Shown here: positions 60,615 through 64,000 of the stretch, in pieces
Position numbering within the stretch: position 1 is the first letter of the stretch
Layout of the letters: every line of letters begins with the position of its first letter
NCBI GenBank assembly: GCA_963790475.1
Contig: CAWBOS010000010.1
Span: forward strand, 736,001 to 800,000
Source: an uncultured delta proteobacterium
GTDB taxonomy: Bacteria; Desulfobacterota; RBG-13-43-22
Direction: 5' to 3'
DNA: 64,000 nucleotides
Program-made: the position numbers and the translations under genes
The notes under the pieces: model-generated
Told to the model about the DNA's origin: nothing
The model's input: the letters and a program-made list of their open reading frames with translations, nothing else
The model's database searches: none

Positions 60615-61169
60615 CTATTTTTTTATATTCTCCTTTTTGGGTTCATTGGCGAGTCTGATGACTTTCTCAGTGATCTCTTCGACAGGTTTATCGAAATAAA
60701 CCACCCCGCTCTTGGATTCCAGAATCATGGTATACCCTTCCTCTTTAGCCAGCTTTTTGGTTATATCAAATAACTCATTCAAAAGAGGCTGCATAGCGTT
60801 ATATTCATCCTTTTGCATCTCTTCTTCTTTTTTCCGACCCAATTCCCTTAGCTCCTCGTCCTTCCGGATCAATTCCTTCTCTCGTTCTCTCTTGGCATCG
60901 GCACTCAGGACATTGCTTTTTTCATTAAATTCATCATTCAGTTTTTTTAATTCTTCCCTCTTGGCCACCAAATCCTTTTTAATCCGGTCCGATTTTTCCT
61001 GTAGATCTTTAGAGGCTTTTTTACCGGACTCGGATTGATGGATGCACTTTTGCAGATCAATGACCCCGATTTTAAGGACCTCGCCGGCCCAAGAAGGGGC
61101 GGCAGTCCAAAGAAAAGCAAGTCCCCAAAAAATAACAGCCTTCGGTGAAAAAAGTTTATTCATATTCAA
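60615..61169 (-). CDS. skp: OmpH/Skp periplasmic chaperone
   Basis: Signal peptide, KIGVIDLQK, coiled coil, AKEEGYTMIL..EITEKVI. Confidence 0.9.
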   Translation of the reverse strand: MNMNKLFSPKAVIFWGLAFLWTAAPSWAGEVLKIGVIDLQKCIHQSESGKKASKDLQEKSDRIKKDLVAKREELKKLNDEFNEKSNVLSADAKREREKELIRKDEELRELGRKKEEEMQKDEYNAMQPLLNELFDITKKLAKEEGYTMILESKSGVVYFDKPVEEITEKVIRLANEPKKENIKK

Positions 61170-61766
61170 TCTCCTAACTGATCGTAATATTAACTTCTAA
61201 TCCCCCCAAATGCGGGATTGGAATCATCGACCTCTATTATCTGTTAAAAAGGCGCCCCGATGGAGAATGCCCAGGCACCTGTATATTGTCCAAAGACCAT
61301 GGGCTAACATTTCGCGTAGGAGGACCAATTTCTGGAGTGGGGCCTTGTGGGGTGGGATTGTTTGGATCAGGCACAGTATCCAGCTGGGTCCCTTTATCAA
61401 CATCGAATTGTGAAGGTGCAACTGCATCTTCCATAGGGGGGCATCAATCGGCAAAGGTCGTACCAGAAGCAAGCAACAGTAATGTAACTACTAAACAGAA
61501 AAACAGAACCCCTATGATTTCAATAGTGATGTCTTTTCTTTCTAACCATATTATTTTTACCATAACAAATGCTCTAATAAATGTAGTACTTGGGGATATA
61601 CGCCAATCATTTCATTGTGCTGATTCATCTTTGGTTATAGTCAGTATTAGGCCTTAACCAAAGAATGCTCCGTGGGAATCACTATCCACTTCCTGCACTA
61701 AGACTTCAAAACTCTTTGAACTTCCAGGCATTTCAAAAGTGGTGCTATACAATCTTTCTTGTCTTA

Positions 61767-62234
61767 TTATCTTTGGTCTCTACCACCATGACCCCCATGT
61801 TCCCATCCACGGTCATCTCTCCAATGGCCGCCTCTCCAGTGTCGATCCAGGTCACCGTGAGGAATTGGATGATAATTCCACGGTTGACCCCGCCACATAT
61901 GGTTTCTATAGTTATCTCTCCAGTCATGAGGTATCCCTCTATACCAGACAGGAGAACCATGAAAATAAACCCATCCACGATCATGATATCTTGAACGATA
62001 CCAACGATTGTCCCAATGTCTCCACCACCAACCTCGTTGGAAGAATATTTCTGCTTCTACATCAGGAACTGCGTATACATCAGTTCCGGGCAGTACCACC
62101 ACGGGAGGTGGGGCAATAAATGGAATTGGCGGAGGTAAAGGAACGTTTATACGAACATTAACCCCTGCCATTGATATAACCGGGAGCATCGTTATCCCCC
62201 ATAAAATAATTGCACCCAATAATAACTTTTTCAT
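61767..62234 (-). CDS. Secreted Pro/Trp/His/Arg-rich protein
   Basis: Signal peptide, VNVRINVPLPPP, PPPVVVLPGTDVYAVP, Trp/His-rich C-terminus; RBS AGGAGG. Confidence 0.75.
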   Translation of the reverse strand: MKKLLLGAIILWGITMLPVISMAGVNVRINVPLPPPIPFIAPPPVVVLPGTDVYAVPDVEAEIFFQRGWWWRHWDNRWYRSRYHDRGWVYFHGSPVWYRGIPHDWRDNYRNHMWRGQPWNYHPIPHGDLDRHWRGGHWRDDRGWEHGGHGGRDQR

Positions 62235-62593
62235 TTTTTTTATCCTCCTTTCAAAGGGATCTTATCTAATGTAAACTTACAAAACCCTTTCCATCTTTTT
62301 ATCTTTTGTCATTTGGACGTGTTAAAATAGAAAGAGTTAAATTTTTTTTGAAATTGAGAAATGGGGTCTGATATTCTTCCATGGAAATCCTTGGAAGATT
62401 TCTTTTCCGGCTTCTTCCTGTTCAAAATGAGTCAATAGACAAAAACGACAATACAGGAAGCTTCACTAATATTGCGAGGTTTGTCCGTTCATGGCCTCAT
62501 GCCCCGTTTGATTGGACCCAGTTGACTGGGGAGCAGGCGATAGGCGGTTTCCACCCATTCGCAGAGCAGGGGCCGGGTATCACGGGGAAGGCG

Positions 62594-63799
62594 TCAAGCC
62601 CCAAGGCCGAATTTTCGCATAAACCGCTTGAACCAACTGGCTTTGGATACGGCCCTTGGAGAAATGATATCCACTTTGCCGGCCCATTCATTGTCGACCT
62701 TGAAGATCAGTTCTCCGAGTTTTTGTCCTTGTTTGATCTCTCCTTTCAACTTTCCCGGTAACCGTATTTCCTTAGTGACGACCCCTTTATTAATGATGGG
62801 GATCGAATAAGAAACATTCGCTCCGGCTACCCCCTTGATCTTCCCCGGTTCACCCTCTGGTAAAACGATTTCCTGGTCGATCAGGTCTCCCTTTTTAATC
62901 AGGTCCACTGTTTTATATTGGGAAAAGGCCGTTTTAAATTTTTCCAGCACAAAATTGTCCCGCGTCCGGGCCCGGGAACTTCCCAGGACCACGACAATGA
63001 GTCGTAAATCTTTTTTTACGGCCGTGGCCACGATGTTAAACCCGGTTTCCCGGTAATAGCCGGTTTTCAGGCCATCCATTTCGGGCATTCGATACAGGAG
63101 TTTATTATGATTGTTCATGATGAACTGGTTATTTCTGAATCCTTCGGACTTGATCGAGGTCCATTCCAGGATTTTCGGAAATTTTAAAAGTTCCCGGGAC
63201 AGGATCGCCAAGTCGTTGCAAGAGCTGAGATCCTCCTGTTGACCTTGGGAGGGCGGGAGACCGTGGACGGAATGAAATTCCGTATCGGCCAGATTCAAGG
63301 CCTTGGCCTTCTGGTTCATCAGTTGAATAAAAGCATCCTTGGACCCGGCGATGTGTTCGGCCACGGCATAGGCCGCATCGTTGGCCGAGGCCACCATGAC
63401 CGCCTTCATCAATTGTTCCAGGGTGAAGGTTTCCCCCTCTTTGAGATAGACCTGGCTTCCCCCGATCTTGGAACTTTCTTTGGATACGGTTATCGTATCG
63501 GTTAATTTCACCTCCCCCCTGGAGAGTTTGTCCAAAACCACATAAGCCACCATGAGCTTGACCACACTGGCCGGAGCGCGTTTCAGTCGTATGTTTTCGC
63601 CCTCCAGGACCTTCCCGGTACGGGCATCCATAACCAGATAAGCCTTGTAGGGCTCTTCTTTGACTACAGAGGTTTTTTGGGTTTTGGCTGGGGAAGCCAC
63701 TTTTTTTGAGGCCCGGACATTCTTATGGGAGACCGGGCGGCCATCTACCAGGCCCGCACAGAAGAGGATGATGAACACTACTACCAAACATTTTTTCAT
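62594..63799 (-). CDS. D-alanyl-D-alanine carboxypeptidase (PBP5/6, peptidase S11)
   Basis: PASVVK (SxxK), SAND (SxN), LKTG (KTG) and C-terminal PBP5_C domain. Confidence 0.93.
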   Translation of the reverse strand: MKKCLVVVFIILFCAGLVDGRPVSHKNVRASKKVASPAKTQKTSVVKEEPYKAYLVMDARTGKVLEGENIRLKRAPASVVKLMVAYVVLDKLSRGEVKLTDTITVSKESSKIGGSQVYLKEGETFTLEQLMKAVMVASANDAAYAVAEHIAGSKDAFIQLMNQKAKALNLADTEFHSVHGLPPSQGQQEDLSSCNDLAILSRELLKFPKILEWTSIKSEGFRNNQFIMNNHNKLLYRMPEMDGLKTGYYRETGFNIVATAVKKDLRLIVVVLGSSRARTRDNFVLEKFKTAFSQYKTVDLIKKGDLIDQEIVLPEGEPGKIKGVAGANVSYSIPIINKGVVTKEIRLPGKLKGEIKQGQKLGELIFKVDNEWAGKVDIISPRAVSKASWFKRFMRKFGLGA

Positions 63800-64000
63800 A
63801 ATTTTGATACTCCATAAAGTTTCTAAAAGGTTGACCGATTAGGCCCTGAAAAGTGTTTTGAATATAAAATGTAATAGTCCAATGGTCAAGGGCAAACTTC
63901 GATATGGTAATTTATGGTCGGTGATGAAGTGGACTCTTACCAGGCTGTGGAATTTTCCTTAGGAGCGGGAAGTGGGTAATCGGGGTGTTGCTCCCGGATT

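Overview
A chromosomal segment, probably from an anaerobic deltaproteobacterium (Desulfobacterota-like; inferred from gene content only). It is mostly housekeeping: corC, recD2, ino1, asnS-recO-glyQS, smc-ftsY, an M16 peptidase pair, phoU, an acyl-CoA cluster with an isobutyryl-CoA-mutase-type enzyme, a D,D-carboxypeptidase, tRNA-Arg(TCT) and two chemoreceptor loci with sigma-28-like promoters. The standout feature is a compact 9.1-kb element (28711-37824) bounded by TGT...ACA inverted repeats with subterminal repeated sites. It encodes a MerR-type and an XRE-type regulator, a MuA-like DDE transposase, a MuB-like ATPase, a Mor-like HTH protein, a C4/CI-like structured RNA with a terminator, and only two virion genes: a tail tape-measure-like protein and a Mu gpT-like major capsid protein. 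No terminase, portal, protease, tail tube, baseplate or lysis gene is present. This fits a transposable (Mu-type) phage satellite; a streamlined Mu-like prophage remnant is the alternative. Several genes, including the essential glyQ, carry single-base frameshifts that most likely reflect assembly errors.
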